Of a stretch of DNA of 64,000 nucleotides, positions 38,885-48,510 are shown in pieces. The stretch spans positions 1 to 64,000 of IMG/VR virus record IMGVR_UViG_3300028888_000047; one strand, written 5' to 3'. A program made the translations under genes and the position numbers. Source of the stretch: a virus. Taxonomy: Duplodnaviria; Caudoviricetes. The first letter of the stretch is position 1; each line of letters starts with the position of its first letter. The notes under the pieces were generated by a model, which saw nothing but the letters and a program-made list of their open reading frames with translations, made no database searches and was not told where the DNA came from.

Positions 38885-39244
38885 ATGAAAGTAACAGTAC
38901 ATTTCTTTGATAAAAAAGGAAAAGAATTCGTGTATCCTTGTTTTCACACAGCGATTAGAATGTTTGGAGGGTACAAGACACCATATGAATACATTTCTTT
39001 TCATAGTATTGAAGTGTTAGATGATAATTCCCCTGTAATACAAGAGTTAAAACAAAGAGCAGCGGAAGAGGGATTAACAACAGAAGTCATACCAATAGAA
39101 GAGGAAATAGGTACTTATTTAAGTACATATGAACATATAATAAGTAGAGAAGCAAGAAGAATAATAAAAATTATTATTGAAACTCTTTTAGTAATGTTTA
39201 CATTATATCTTATATTATATACTGCAATAAAGATATGTTATTAA
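38885..39244 (+). CDS. Hypothetical protein with C-terminal TM helix
   Basis: Start MKVTV; hydrophobic C-terminus. Confidence 0.6.
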   Translation: MKVTVHFFDKKGKEFVYPCFHTAIRMFGGYKTPYEYISFHSIEVLDDNSPVIQELKQRAAEEGLTTEVIPIEEEIGTYLSTYEHIISREARRIIKIIIETLLVMFTLYLILYTAIKICY

Positions 39245-39339
39245 AAAAACATATCTTTTTTTTATATATGCATGAATAAAAAATACCTATAGCCAAATCA
39301 GCTATAGGTACTTAATTAAGTACATATTAATAATATCTT

Positions 39340-39903
39340 TTAAGCGTACATTTCAGGGCTTTCGTAAGTCTTACAAGCCAATACCTTTACAGGAGTTCTA
39401 TCATTATTGGTAACTTCAGGAACTGAAGCTAATATCTTCCCAAGATTGGCAGCAGCGTTGAATTGACTCCTCATACTTTCATAACTATCACCAACAATTA
39501 ATTCACTGCAACCGGGCTTACAAATAATATGACAACCTGATTTGGCCTTGAACTTATTGACATTCTCATCCGTCGGCATTATCTTACATTTATCAAGAAA
39601 CTTGAAAAACTCAACAGTATAAGGAAAACGACGTGGCTCGCTATTTACATTGCTCCATTCATAAAAGAATATGTTGCAATAATCACCCGGCCAACTATAA
39701 GTCTCATAATTGTAATGAGATATATAAGTATACTTGTCCAATACAGGATGCTCCTTCTTCCAAGCCTCAGCCTTGGCCTCACGCTCCTTACGCTCAGCCT
39801 CTAATTTAGCCTCACGCTCAGCTTTCTCACGTTCCTCACGTTCTTTAGCTAATAAAGCAATCTTCTCCATCATAGGAGTTATATTACCTCTAATAACTAT
39901 CAT
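39340..39903 (-). CDS. Hypothetical protein with N-terminal coiled coil
   Basis: 187-aa ORF. Confidence 0.75.
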   Translation of the reverse strand: MIVIRGNITPMMEKIALLAKEREEREKAEREAKLEAERKEREAKAEAWKKEHPVLDKYTYISHYNYETYSWPGDYCNIFFYEWSNVNSEPRRFPYTVEFFKFLDKCKIMPTDENVNKFKAKSGCHIICKPGCSELIVGDSYESMRSQFNAAANLGKILASVPEVTNNDRTPVKVLACKTYESPEMYA

Positions 39904-39921
39904 ATATAATATCTATTAATG

Positions 39922-40743
39922 TTAATCAGTAAATGTGCGAGCATCAGCAGGACTCTCACTGCCACTCTGCTTAGTTATGTCTTCAGTAACAGTCCAATAT
40001 AAAGCACCATAACTATTGTCAGTTATTATGTCATGCTCATCATATTCCAAACTAATCGGGTCCAAACAACAATGAATAACACTCCAATTCAATAAGTTGT
40101 TATAATCAGTTATGCTAACATTATAACCCTTCTCTTCACAGAATTTGCTGAACTCACTTAAAGAATAAAACTCCTGAACACCCATTTCATTCTCAATATC
40201 ACTATAAAACTTTATAACCTTGTAAGGCTCATCATAATTGTTCTCATCATCCAAATCATCATCAGACCATTCACCATTCCTAAACATACTATGACGATTT
40301 GACCAATAATCATTAATATCCTCACTGCCACGATGCTTGCCACGCTTCTTATCACCCCTCTTAGACTTCTTGAATAACTTCTTATTCAAAGCCTTTAACT
40401 TACGAGAACCTTTGGCATATAAAGATTCATCTATCTCCTCATAAGGAGAATAATTATCATCATCACAACCGGGATAATCTTCGCCAAAACAATCATATAA
40501 CATCGCATCAGAAGGCCAACCATATTGCTTACTCCAACGCTTAGCTGCCTCAAGCAACTCAAGCCTATGCTCTTCCTCTAAACGAGGAATCATACGATAT
40601 ACAGCATCATTTATAGTGGGCTTTATATCTTTAACACCAAGTAAATTCAAAGTCCTATTCAACTGCTCTTCATTACGTATCTTCAATTGAACAGCAAATA
40701 CAGACTTAGAACCACTACCACGTTTACCACGATTCTTAGACAT
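39922..40743 (-). CDS. Hypothetical protein
   Basis: 273 aa; promoter at ~40784 (reverse). Confidence 0.75.
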   Translation of the reverse strand: MSKNRGKRGSGSKSVFAVQLKIRNEEQLNRTLNLLGVKDIKPTINDAVYRMIPRLEEEHRLELLEAAKRWSKQYGWPSDAMLYDCFGEDYPGCDDDNYSPYEEIDESLYAKGSRKLKALNKKLFKKSKRGDKKRGKHRGSEDINDYWSNRHSMFRNGEWSDDDLDDENNYDEPYKVIKFYSDIENEMGVQEFYSLSEFSKFCEEKGYNVSITDYNNLLNWSVIHCCLDPISLEYDEHDIITDNSYGALYWTVTEDITKQSGSESPADARTFTD

Positions 40744-40841
40744 TATTCTATATAATATAAACTAATCTACAATATTTAGTGATACAAATATACAAAAATT
40801 ATATATAAAAAACAAATAAATAATGTTAAAAATAATTAAAA

Positions 40842-40981
40842 TGCTGATAATCAGATAGTTACAAAATTATACATTTTTAGATAATATTATGAAAAATCTT
40901 TACAATCTAAAAACAAAATAAAAAAAATTCCTTATAGAAGGGAACTTAGTTAAAGTGCTGATAATCAGATAGTTACAAAAT
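40842..40981 (+). repeat. 26-bp direct repeat containing an IHF-type consensus
   Basis: TGCTGATAATCAGATAGTTACAAAAT at 40842 and 40956; matches WATCARNNNNTTR. Confidence 0.75.
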
Positions 40982-41243
40982 AAGATGGTAAATTATTGTT
41001 TTATGAATTTTTTTTACAAAATTATATATTTTTATTATTTCCGGTTAAAATTTTAATTTTTTTTAGTTTTATCCGGAATTTTGAAAAATTTTAGATAATT
41101 TAAACGTAAAACTGTTTTCCAGCTTATTTTATTAGGGAACGATATACCTGTTGACTCTAAATAATTAATAGTGTATAGATATACAGATATTATTTGATAA
41201 AAACAAATTCTATCAGATATTTATTTAGAAAATATGTACTTAT

Positions 41244-41699
41244 ATGAAGAAATTGATTAGACTCACTGAAAGTGATTTACATAGCATGATTAAAGAGTCA
41301 GTAATTAGTATATTAGAAACGGTTAATACTTATACTGAAAAACTCATCGAAGAGGTTTTACTTAATGGTGGATGGTATAACTTGAATAACGATGAAGGGT
41401 ATGCGATAGGTATAGGATATGGATGTGGCACTAAAAAAGATTTTTTTCCACCTTATAGTAGTCGTTTAGAATATCGTTATTGCATTGTGACTGTTGAAGA
41501 TATTGAAAACATCAGAATAAAATTAGAGGAAAGAGGCTATGTTTTTGATGATGATAATGGTTATGTCCATATGGTAGGAAAAATACGTGATAGTGAAAAC
41601 ACAACTACCACAAAAATAAACCCAAATTCAGACCCTGTTGGTCATTATAGTGACAGATTGTTTAAGAATTCTACCGATGGAAATTTACATTTGTTTTAA
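41244..41699 (+). CDS. LTESDL-motif protein
   Basis: MKKLIRLTESDLHSMIKESV. Confidence 0.8.
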   Translation: MKKLIRLTESDLHSMIKESVISILETVNTYTEKLIEEVLLNGGWYNLNNDEGYAIGIGYGCGTKKDFFPPYSSRLEYRYCIVTVEDIENIRIKLEERGYVFDDDNGYVHMVGKIRDSENTTTTKINPNSDPVGHYSDRLFKNSTDGNLHLF

Positions 41700-41727
41700 T
41701 AATTTGCAAAATAATGAATCAAAGAAT

Positions 41728-42588
41728 ATGAATAAGAAACTGATAAAACTTACAGAACAAGACCTTCACAGAATCGTGAAAGAGTCTGTAGGCAAGATAT
41801 TGAAAGAAGGATATTATGACGATTTACATGATTATTGGGGGCAAGAAGATGAACCAAATCTAATTTGTCCATATTGTGAATCAGATAACGTGCAAGAAGT
41901 AAGAGGAAAAGATAGTTCTTGGGATGACTCTTACAGATGCTATGATTGTGGCAAAGTATTCGATATAGATAGTGCAAGAGGTAACAATTACTTTGAACCT
42001 GATTGGGATGCAATGAGGCACGAATCACTTAAGCGAAATGGCAAGATGTTGAAAGAAATGGATTTGAATCCAAGAATGAGTACTCACGATGCATACGGAC
42101 GTGGACTTTCAAGAAAATCTGAAGGTCCTAATTGGAGTAGACAAAGAAGGAGGCCAATGACTCAACAACAAGGCCTTGGTGGCGTTAATGTGGATGCGAT
42201 AAACAAAGAACTTTTTCCTGACGAAACGCCACAAATGGCAAAAGACCAATTGAAAAGAAAAGCACAATATGGTCTTATGAATCCACCATCAGTTAAAGAA
42301 TCAGATTTACATAAGATTGTGAAAGAATCAGTAAATAGAATACTCAGTGAAGACCAAAAAGGTTATAATCAAGTTATGAGCGTTCTAAATAAACCTATTT
42401 GGCAAGAGAAACTGAAAAAAGCATGGGAGAAAGAAAAATTGACGAACCCAAATCCAGATTGGGATACTTTTGAATATAACTTTGCTCTTCGTTGTTTGGA
42501 CAAAGAAAGAGAAGAAGATGCGAAACACTATTATAAAATGAGAAAGATTCAACGTCAGTTGGACAATAGCACAAGAAAAAACGTATAA
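41728..42588 (+). CDS. LTESDL-motif protein with zinc ribbon and a second internal motif copy
   Basis: MNKKLIKLTEQDLH...; CPYC/CYDC; internal VKESDLHKIVKESV. Confidence 0.8.
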   Translation: MNKKLIKLTEQDLHRIVKESVGKILKEGYYDDLHDYWGQEDEPNLICPYCESDNVQEVRGKDSSWDDSYRCYDCGKVFDIDSARGNNYFEPDWDAMRHESLKRNGKMLKEMDLNPRMSTHDAYGRGLSRKSEGPNWSRQRRRPMTQQQGLGGVNVDAINKELFPDETPQMAKDQLKRKAQYGLMNPPSVKESDLHKIVKESVNRILSEDQKGYNQVMSVLNKPIWQEKLKKAWEKEKLTNPNPDWDTFEYNFALRCLDKEREEDAKHYYKMRKIQRQLDNSTRKNV

Positions 42589-42875
42589 GAAATAGACATT
42601 ACAAGAGCAATCATAATAGTGGTTGCTCTTTTATTATGCCAAGTCATTACGTGTGTATCAAGCATAGTACAATCTGTTGTGGAATTATTGTAAAGTTGGG
42701 TCAACTTCTATATCAAGTAGTATTTTTTTCATTTTATTTAATTTTCTATAATACAGTAGTTCCTCAAGCCATTCTGCGAGTTGTTGATGGTCACATGCGC
42801 ATTCTTTATTATTGCATTGTAGTATTACTTCTTTGCAATGTTTAATTGCTTCATTTATTGTCATTTTATATATTA

Positions 42876-43394
42876 TTATTCAAAATCGCAAACGAATTTA
42901 ATATCAGTTTTTATTGGTCTAAAGTTGTTATTTATCAATTCTGTAGAGAGCATTACATCATTTACTTTAAATGTTTGTACATCGAACACTGCGTCTGCTA
43001 TATGTTCTTCGAGTGTAATAGGAGGTATAGAGTAGAGTCCTTCAATTGGGTGGTAGTTTTGTGCATTGTATAAATTTGGAAATAGTTTTTGCGAGATATA
43101 GGAAGTAAATTCTATAAGTTTTATTCCCTCGTTTTGCACTGTTGTGGTTGAATAGACGTTTTTCCAATTATATGGATTTATTATCACGGGAAAATTATCT
43201 TTATCAATAAATGGGCCTGTGTGGCCATCAATAGAAAATATAAACATTTTTTCTGTTGGAAGTTCTCCTATGTTATCACGATAGCTTACAAGGCTTTTAA
43301 TAAGTCCGTCAATGTTACCCTTATCTTGATTAATTTTTTCAAGATAGTTTTTAATGCACACTGCTTTTTTAATAATTTTGTTAATTCTTTCCAT
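42876..43394 (-). CDS. Hypothetical protein
   Basis: Operonic ORF. Confidence 0.65.
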   Translation of the reverse strand: MERINKIIKKAVCIKNYLEKINQDKGNIDGLIKSLVSYRDNIGELPTEKMFIFSIDGHTGPFIDKDNFPVIINPYNWKNVYSTTTVQNEGIKLIEFTSYISQKLFPNLYNAQNYHPIEGLYSIPPITLEEHIADAVFDVQTFKVNDVMLSTELINNNFRPIKTDIKFVCDFE

Positions 43395-43635
43395 AATCTT
43401 TATAATTTCTATTAAATGGTTTATTATTACTTTTTTCTATTGTTTCTTTTGAATCTTTAATTATTTCAACTTGGTAGGATTCTGTTGAACGTTCATTTTC
43501 TTTTTGTTCAATTGTTTCTGGATGAAACATTGCTTTATGAAGTTTTTGATAATTAACGTGTACTCCGTCATCTGACCATTGGTCAAAGAATTGGCATATG
43601 CCTCCTTCTCTAATATATTTTTTTTTCTTTTTCAT
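43381..43635 (-). CDS. Hypothetical protein
   Basis: Operonic ORF. Confidence 0.6.
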   Translation of the reverse strand: MKKKKKYIREGGICQFFDQWSDDGVHVNYQKLHKAMFHPETIEQKENERSTESYQVEIIKDSKETIEKSNNKPFNRNYKDYGKN

Positions 43636-43958
43636 TTGTTTAAAAGTTTTTCTAATTTTTTGATTATATTTTCATTGTATTTAATTTCACATTTATGCAT
43701 TTCAATAAGTTCCTCCAAGCTATCTTCGCAATATTTAATAATATCTTCTTCATTTTTAAAACTGGTTAAATATTTTTGTCTGTCAGCACTACATTTTCCA
43801 TTGAAGTTAATATCAATGTTTAACCACCAATTACCTCCCCAGCAATCTGCATATAATTCTTTCACTCCTTTATAACAAAGTGTAACTGAAGCAAATCTAT
43901 CCTTCAGGTGTGCATCAATAAAACCAATGCTCTCTAATACTTCTTTATTAATTTTCAT
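43632..43958 (-). CDS. Hypothetical protein
   Basis: Operonic ORF. Confidence 0.65.
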   Translation of the reverse strand: MKINKEVLESIGFIDAHLKDRFASVTLCYKGVKELYADCWGGNWWLNIDINFNGKCSADRQKYLTSFKNEEDIIKYCEDSLEELIEMHKCEIKYNENIIKKLEKLLNK

Positions 43959-43995
43959 AACATTTTTAAAATTTAATTAGTTAATTATATTACGC

Positions 43996-44120
43996 AAAAA
44001 AAAATATGGCACACCTTCCTGTTATTACAGGAGGGTATGCCTTACTGTTACAGAGGTCATGTATTATTAATACGATGGCATGTTGGCTTTCAATAAGATA
44101 TGATTAATTATTTAATCACG
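43996..44120 (-). ncRNA. Promoter-driven sRNA or terminating leader
   Basis: TATCTTTG at 44124-44131 (reverse); long GC hairpin plus U tract; no ORF. Confidence 0.5.
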
Positions 44121-44284
44121 TTGCAAAGATACAAATTTATTTTATTATATCCAAATTATTTTTGTTAAATAAAGTTAATGCAATAAATAGTTACCATTAT
44201 TTTTGTTGTTTTCCACTCTCTTCAATCATTTTGCCTACTAGTATATGTGTGCCACACTTTGGGCATTTAACAATTTCAGCCGTA

Positions 44285-44683
44285 TTAATACATTGCTATT
44301 AAACGATTGATTTTTTCATCTAGTTTCTTTTTTTTCTCAGAGAGTATGTTTACAGAATAATGTATGGCATCATTCTTTTTAAGGAAGAGTTCATAATTAC
44401 CAGTATAGAATTTGCCCCAAATGATATTAACCAAGTAAGCCTTGTGTTTATCTTCGTCTCTTACTGAAAAATGGCGGAATGGCAATTTGGGAATATGGAT
44501 ACAGCAAAATTCTCCCTTAGTGCTGCCATTAAAGAAAAGTGCGTCATTGTATATACCAAGCTGACCTGATACCTTATTTACCAAATAAACTGGTACGTTA
44601 ATTACTTTAGCGTGTATTGTGCTATCAGGATGTTTTTTAAGGAAACTCTTTTTTAGTTCCTCAAATGAATAAGGCTCTAACAT
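44285..44683 (-). CDS. Hypothetical protein, paralogue of 51196..51561
   Basis: INVPVYLV.K..G and K.DA motifs shared. Confidence 0.7.
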   Translation of the reverse strand: MLEPYSFEELKKSFLKKHPDSTIHAKVINVPVYLVNKVSGQLGIYNDALFFNGSTKGEFCCIHIPKLPFRHFSVRDEDKHKAYLVNIIWGKFYTGNYELFLKKNDAIHYSVNILSEKKKKLDEKINRLIAMY

Positions 44684-44686
44684 ATT

Positions 44687-44929
44687 TTAAAATATTTTTA
44701 AGTTATACATTTTATTTAATTTATCGACCATTTGTTTAAATTGTGTGCCGTGTTGGGCATCATCTTTAATATGGTTATATGTCAAATAGAAATGAATCAT
44801 TTCGTGAATCATACAGATTTTGAATAGTTCCTTATCCAATTCACAATCTTTTAAATTCATAAATTCCTTTTCTATTAAGCCATTCATAAAAGCCCATAAA
44901 ATCTTTTTGTCCATTATTGAACGCATCAT
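44687..44929 (-). CDS. Short SprT-like (HEMIH) protein, possibly truncated
   Basis: HEMIH...HG..F only. Confidence 0.55.
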   Translation of the reverse strand: MMRSIMDKKILWAFMNGLIEKEFMNLKDCELDKELFKICMIHEMIHFYLTYNHIKDDAQHGTQFKQMVDKLNKMYNLKIF

Positions 44930-45059
44930 TCTTTTCAGAAAGATATAATTGTTTGGCTTCTTCTTTAGTCATATTTTTCATGCTGCTAATTGACGGAGGC
45001 ATCTTTTCTTGTTTTCCAATTTGTTCAAGTTCTTTTTTCATTGTTTATTTTCTTTTATT

Positions 45060-45365
45060 TTACCAACTAATAATTAATGTTGCATCATTACTGTAGCTAT
45101 ATCTAACGTATTGAACAACAAATCCTAGTTTTGTAAATCTTTCTTTAATAATTTCTTTCAGTGTTTCGTTTAAGTTGTCTGATTTAACATTTTTGAAATA
45201 TTTCTTAACGATAAAATCTAATGACAGATGTATATCAAGTTGTCCTTTTTTTGCGTTTTCCTCAATATGCTCTGTTATAGAATTCATAAATTCATTAAAG
45301 CATTCATCATATGTAGTATTTACTTTTTCGAACGCCATTTTTCTGGCGATGTTTGCTGTTATCAT
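45060..45365 (-). CDS. Hypothetical protein, paralogue of 60732..61031
   Basis: A..AR..AF..NTTY...IEE.AK.G...I.W. Confidence 0.7.
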   Translation of the reverse strand: MITANIARKMAFEKVNTTYDECFNEFMNSITEHIEENAKKGQLDIHLSLDFIVKKYFKNVKSDNLNETLKEIIKERFTKLGFVVQYVRYSYSNDATLIISW

Positions 45366-45431
45366 ATATTTACTTCCTTATTTATTGATATTGGGTAATA
45401 ATTAATAGTTATTATTTCTTGAGTATATGGC

Positions 45432-45842
45432 TCATAGTTTTATTGCCATTGTATAATACATTGAAAAGCCATTTTTAGGGCATATTTCATAAAACCCCTC
45501 AGATTCGTAGAACGCTTTCAGTTGTTGGTTTGACATTTCTCCAAGTGAACTAACCTCAAGTAACAATATGCAGTTTGTGAAGTATTTCTTGATGTATTGT
45601 AGCATTTGCCTACCATAGCCCATTCTTCTCATATTACTATTTGTACCAAAACTAGTCAAATGGAACACTGGAACTTGTGGATGCCCTAGTTCTTCACGTA
45701 TCCACTTAGGCATATCTGAAATTAACTTAGCATATATACTACATATGCGTTTGTTAGAGTCAGGGGTAAATCCCAAATCATCATCATATGTATTAAAACT
45801 CAGATAATTCAAACTGTATTCTTTTACCTTTATTATTGTCAT
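45432..45842 (-). CDS. GNAT acetyltransferase
   Basis: RRMGYG acetyl-CoA motif; FYESEGF. Confidence 0.8.
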   Translation of the reverse strand: MTIIKVKEYSLNYLSFNTYDDDLGFTPDSNKRICSIYAKLISDMPKWIREELGHPQVPVFHLTSFGTNSNMRRMGYGRQMLQYIKKYFTNCILLLEVSSLGEMSNQQLKAFYESEGFYEICPKNGFSMYYTMAIKL

Positions 45843-45844
45843 AG

Positions 45845-46285
45845 TTATTCCTCCTTTATATTATACATTCCTTCAGGTGCTTCAAGTGCTAGACCCATAG
45901 GAATTAACCCCCTGTAGTCAAAGTGGTGGGAGTTGAGCCAGTCGATAGCATCAACACTAAGTTTAACGCTAGTTATTTTTATATCACCACCAAGAACATC
46001 AATACTTTCTAATGCAGCAAACTCTTTGACTTCTTCCTCTGTCATACTTGACATTGGCCGGAGATATAGTTTAATACAACTTATGTCATAAAATTCATCG
46101 ACCCAATCAGTTTTTACTTTTTGGTCTTTTATAAGAATTTCAGTTATTTCATCATCAGTCTCTTGTTCTACATCCTCACCTTCAGTAGTTTCATTGTTGA
46201 TGATGTATTTTATTCTACATTGTATTTTATAAGGCAACCTCGCACAAAGGTCTCTCAACAATAAATCTTTATCTTCTTGTGCCAT
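45845..46285 (-). CDS. Paralogue family A (LLLRDLCARLPY...LRPMSSMTEEE...HHFDYRGL)
   Basis: Conserved motifs shared with 50730 and 52098. Confidence 0.8.
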   Translation of the reverse strand: MAQEDKDLLLRDLCARLPYKIQCRIKYIINNETTEGEDVEQETDDEITEILIKDQKVKTDWVDEFYDISCIKLYLRPMSSMTEEEVKEFAALESIDVLGGDIKITSVKLSVDAIDWLNSHHFDYRGLIPMGLALEAPEGMYNIKEE

Positions 46286-46288
46286 ATT

Positions 46289-46762
46289 CTACATTTCTAT
46301 TAAATTACCAAGCAATACTTCACATACTTTATGTTGGTACATGATATGTCCTATTTCATTTTCTCCAATTCCATCTGAGAGGCATCCTTCCATAAAATCG
46401 ATAACTGCTTCTTTCAATGTTATCTTTCTAATATCCTTTGGGTCTCTTGAATACCATCGGTGATTTGTCACGATTGTACTGAATGGTTTGTCACTAACCA
46501 GTGTAACCATGTAGTTACCTTTATCATAGACAACTTCCATCAATACATCTTTGTTATTGAACCCTGCCATTTCCTTATCATAATCCCTATCCATCCAGGC
46601 ATCTACCCAATCATACTGTCCATCCAGCTTATCTATATCGAATGGGTCTATTGAGTTGAAATCAATCTCTTCCATGTTGACTGAATATGTCTCGTATGAA
46701 TTCTTTATGATAGGTTCTGGTAATTCAACAACCAATGGTATTTTAAATTTCAGTATGTCCAT
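46289..46762 (-). CDS. Acidic hypothetical protein
   Basis: G.LSDGIGE motif. Confidence 0.7.
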   Translation of the reverse strand: MDILKFKIPLVVELPEPIIKNSYETYSVNMEEIDFNSIDPFDIDKLDGQYDWVDAWMDRDYDKEMAGFNNKDVLMEVVYDKGNYMVTLVSDKPFSTIVTNHRWYSRDPKDIRKITLKEAVIDFMEGCLSDGIGENEIGHIMYQHKVCEVLLGNLIEM

Positions 46763-46776
46763 TTTTTGTAAATGCT

Positions 46777-46974
46777 TTACTTTGTTTTATTTTTCCAAAC
46801 AACAACACTATCAATGGCTTTATTATCCTTGTAAGTAATTTCAAGAGTGGTTTTGCCTTGATAGACATCCATAGCTGTAGGCTTTATTATATAGTGACTA
46901 TACTCAAAAAAAGAAGCCCAAACACCACAAGCGAAAAAACCAATCAAAAAAGATATTATATGTCCACTTTTCAT
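46777..46974 (-). CDS. Small membrane-anchored protein
   Basis: N-terminal TM; PTAMDVYQGKTTLEITY. Confidence 0.65.
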   Translation of the reverse strand: MKSGHIISFLIGFFACGVWASFFEYSHYIIKPTAMDVYQGKTTLEITYKDNKAIDSVVVWKNKTK

Positions 46975-47175
46975 AAGTTATTTATATTCATCTTTCACTA
47001 TCAAATTTATTAATAATGAGCCTGCTGCATATACTACTGCGACTCCAATGCAGATTTGAAATAATTCTCCTGGTGTCATAGTTATTCTAAACTAAATTCT
47101 GCGAATAATTCATCTTTTCCCCTACGATAAACAGTTGGAACGCCTATTTTTTTAACAAACGCATATACTTGTATG

Positions 47176-47370
47176 TCACATGTTCATCGTTAATTTGTTT
47201 AACTCTTTATATGCGTATTCTTTACTACTATAAGAATTAATTCTTTTCCATTTATTCCACCAATGTTTTTTACCTTCCAGTACATATAAGTCAGTTCCTC
47301 CCATATTTAGAAATGAAAAAGGAGTAAAAAATAACCAACTTGTATCGACATGTCTTACTCTATATTTCAC
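47176..47370 (-). CDS. MKYR-family small protein
   Basis: Operonic ORF. Confidence 0.6.
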   Translation of the reverse strand: MKYRVRHVDTSWLFFTPFSFLNMGGTDLYVLEGKKHWWNKWKRINSYSSKEYAYKELNKLTMNM

Positions 47371-47597
47371 AATTTATTCATTAGTCCCTTAAGACATTTT
47401 TCTGCATCTTTACTATTACTAAAAACACAATTAACAATACAGCATCCAGGTATAGCCAAATCAGGGTGAGGTGCTTCGGGTCCCCAATAAGTAACAGTTG
47501 TCCAAAATAAAGGAAATCCAAATAAAGGGTTTTCTTGAACTTTATAAGTAAGTTTGTTATTTTTATATTTACCTACAATTCTATATTTCATAATCAC
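47367..47597 (-). CDS. MKYR-family small protein
   Basis: Operonic ORF. Confidence 0.6.
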   Translation of the reverse strand: MIMKYRIVGKYKNNKLTYKVQENPLFGFPLFWTTVTYWGPEAPHPDLAIPGCCIVNCVFSNSKDAEKCLKGLMNKL

Positions 47598-47971
47598 AAC
47601 AAATTTAATTCATTTAAACGTATAATCATTTTCACGCAAGCATCAACAGGATTGTTTGCAAATGTGGATATAATATCATCCTTAATTCCTACAGTACACA
47701 TATATTTTTCATTTTCTGTATCTGATTTGTCTTTTATTATATCAGTACCATCAGGTAAAACATTAAGCAATGCTGCAAAACTCCAACAAGGAGTTATAGG
47801 AGAGGCATCTTCATAATCTGGTTTTTCAGCATATACGTGTTCTCTGCCACAATCAATTTTATAATAACCATGAGTGTAATAGACTTTCCTCTGATACCAC
47901 ATATCCGCACTTTCAAGTGGCAGTATCTCTGCCAACTTCTTTGATTGACCTATATCAGTGTAACTTTTCAT
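47594..47971 (-). CDS. Paralogue family B (KSYTD..QSKKLAEILP.ESADM...PCWS.AALL)
   Basis: Motifs shared by four copies. Confidence 0.8.
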   Translation of the reverse strand: MKSYTDIGQSKKLAEILPLESADMWYQRKVYYTHGYYKIDCGREHVYAEKPDYEDASPITPCWSFAALLNVLPDGTDIIKDKSDTENEKYMCTVGIKDDIISTFANNPVDACVKMIIRLNELNLL

Positions 47972-48360
47972 AACAAATTCCTTTCTCCCAACCCAACAAT
48001 CATATCCACACAAGCATCAACTTCATTTGTGTTTTTGCAATATAGATATGAAGCGCCATCTTCATTATAGTATCTATATACCCAAGAATTGTCAAAGGTA
48101 TTATGTGATTCAAATAAATATGAGTCCTTATTGGGTTTAATTGCTGGTGGTAATAGATTCCTTAATGCTGCAAGACTCCAACAAGGCAAAGATTTACTTT
48201 TGTTCATTGGCATATGAAATATTGGATATTCTTCATAATAGCTTGCCCCACTAATAGGATTATGATAATATGCATAATACATATCCGCACTTTCAATCGG
48301 AAGTATCTCTGCTAACTTCTTGGACTGTTCTAAGTCTGTGCATGATTTAATTGTTGCCAT
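47968..48360 (-). CDS. Paralogue family B
   Basis: Same motifs. Confidence 0.8.
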   Translation of the reverse strand: MATIKSCTDLEQSKKLAEILPIESADMYYAYYHNPISGASYYEEYPIFHMPMNKSKSLPCWSLAALRNLLPPAIKPNKDSYLFESHNTFDNSWVYRYYNEDGASYLYCKNTNEVDACVDMIVGLGERNLL

Positions 48361-48510
48361 AATTATCTATTATCTAAATTTATTCTACTTGGGCATTCAC
48401 CTACATTAAAAGGGAAAAGAGAGCATCCTAAACAATGATTATCATAAAGCTCAACTTCCTTTTCGTATCTACTACAATAGTATTTTGTAGTCATAGTTAT
48501 TCGAATTAAA

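Larger units (their letters stand above)
17168..39323. repeat. Dispersed 16-bp palindrome GTACTTAATTAAGTAC (11 exact or near copies)
   Basis: At 17168, 20067, 25373, 28022, 31007, 31877, 37870, 38525, 38860, 39111, 39308. Confidence 0.9.
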
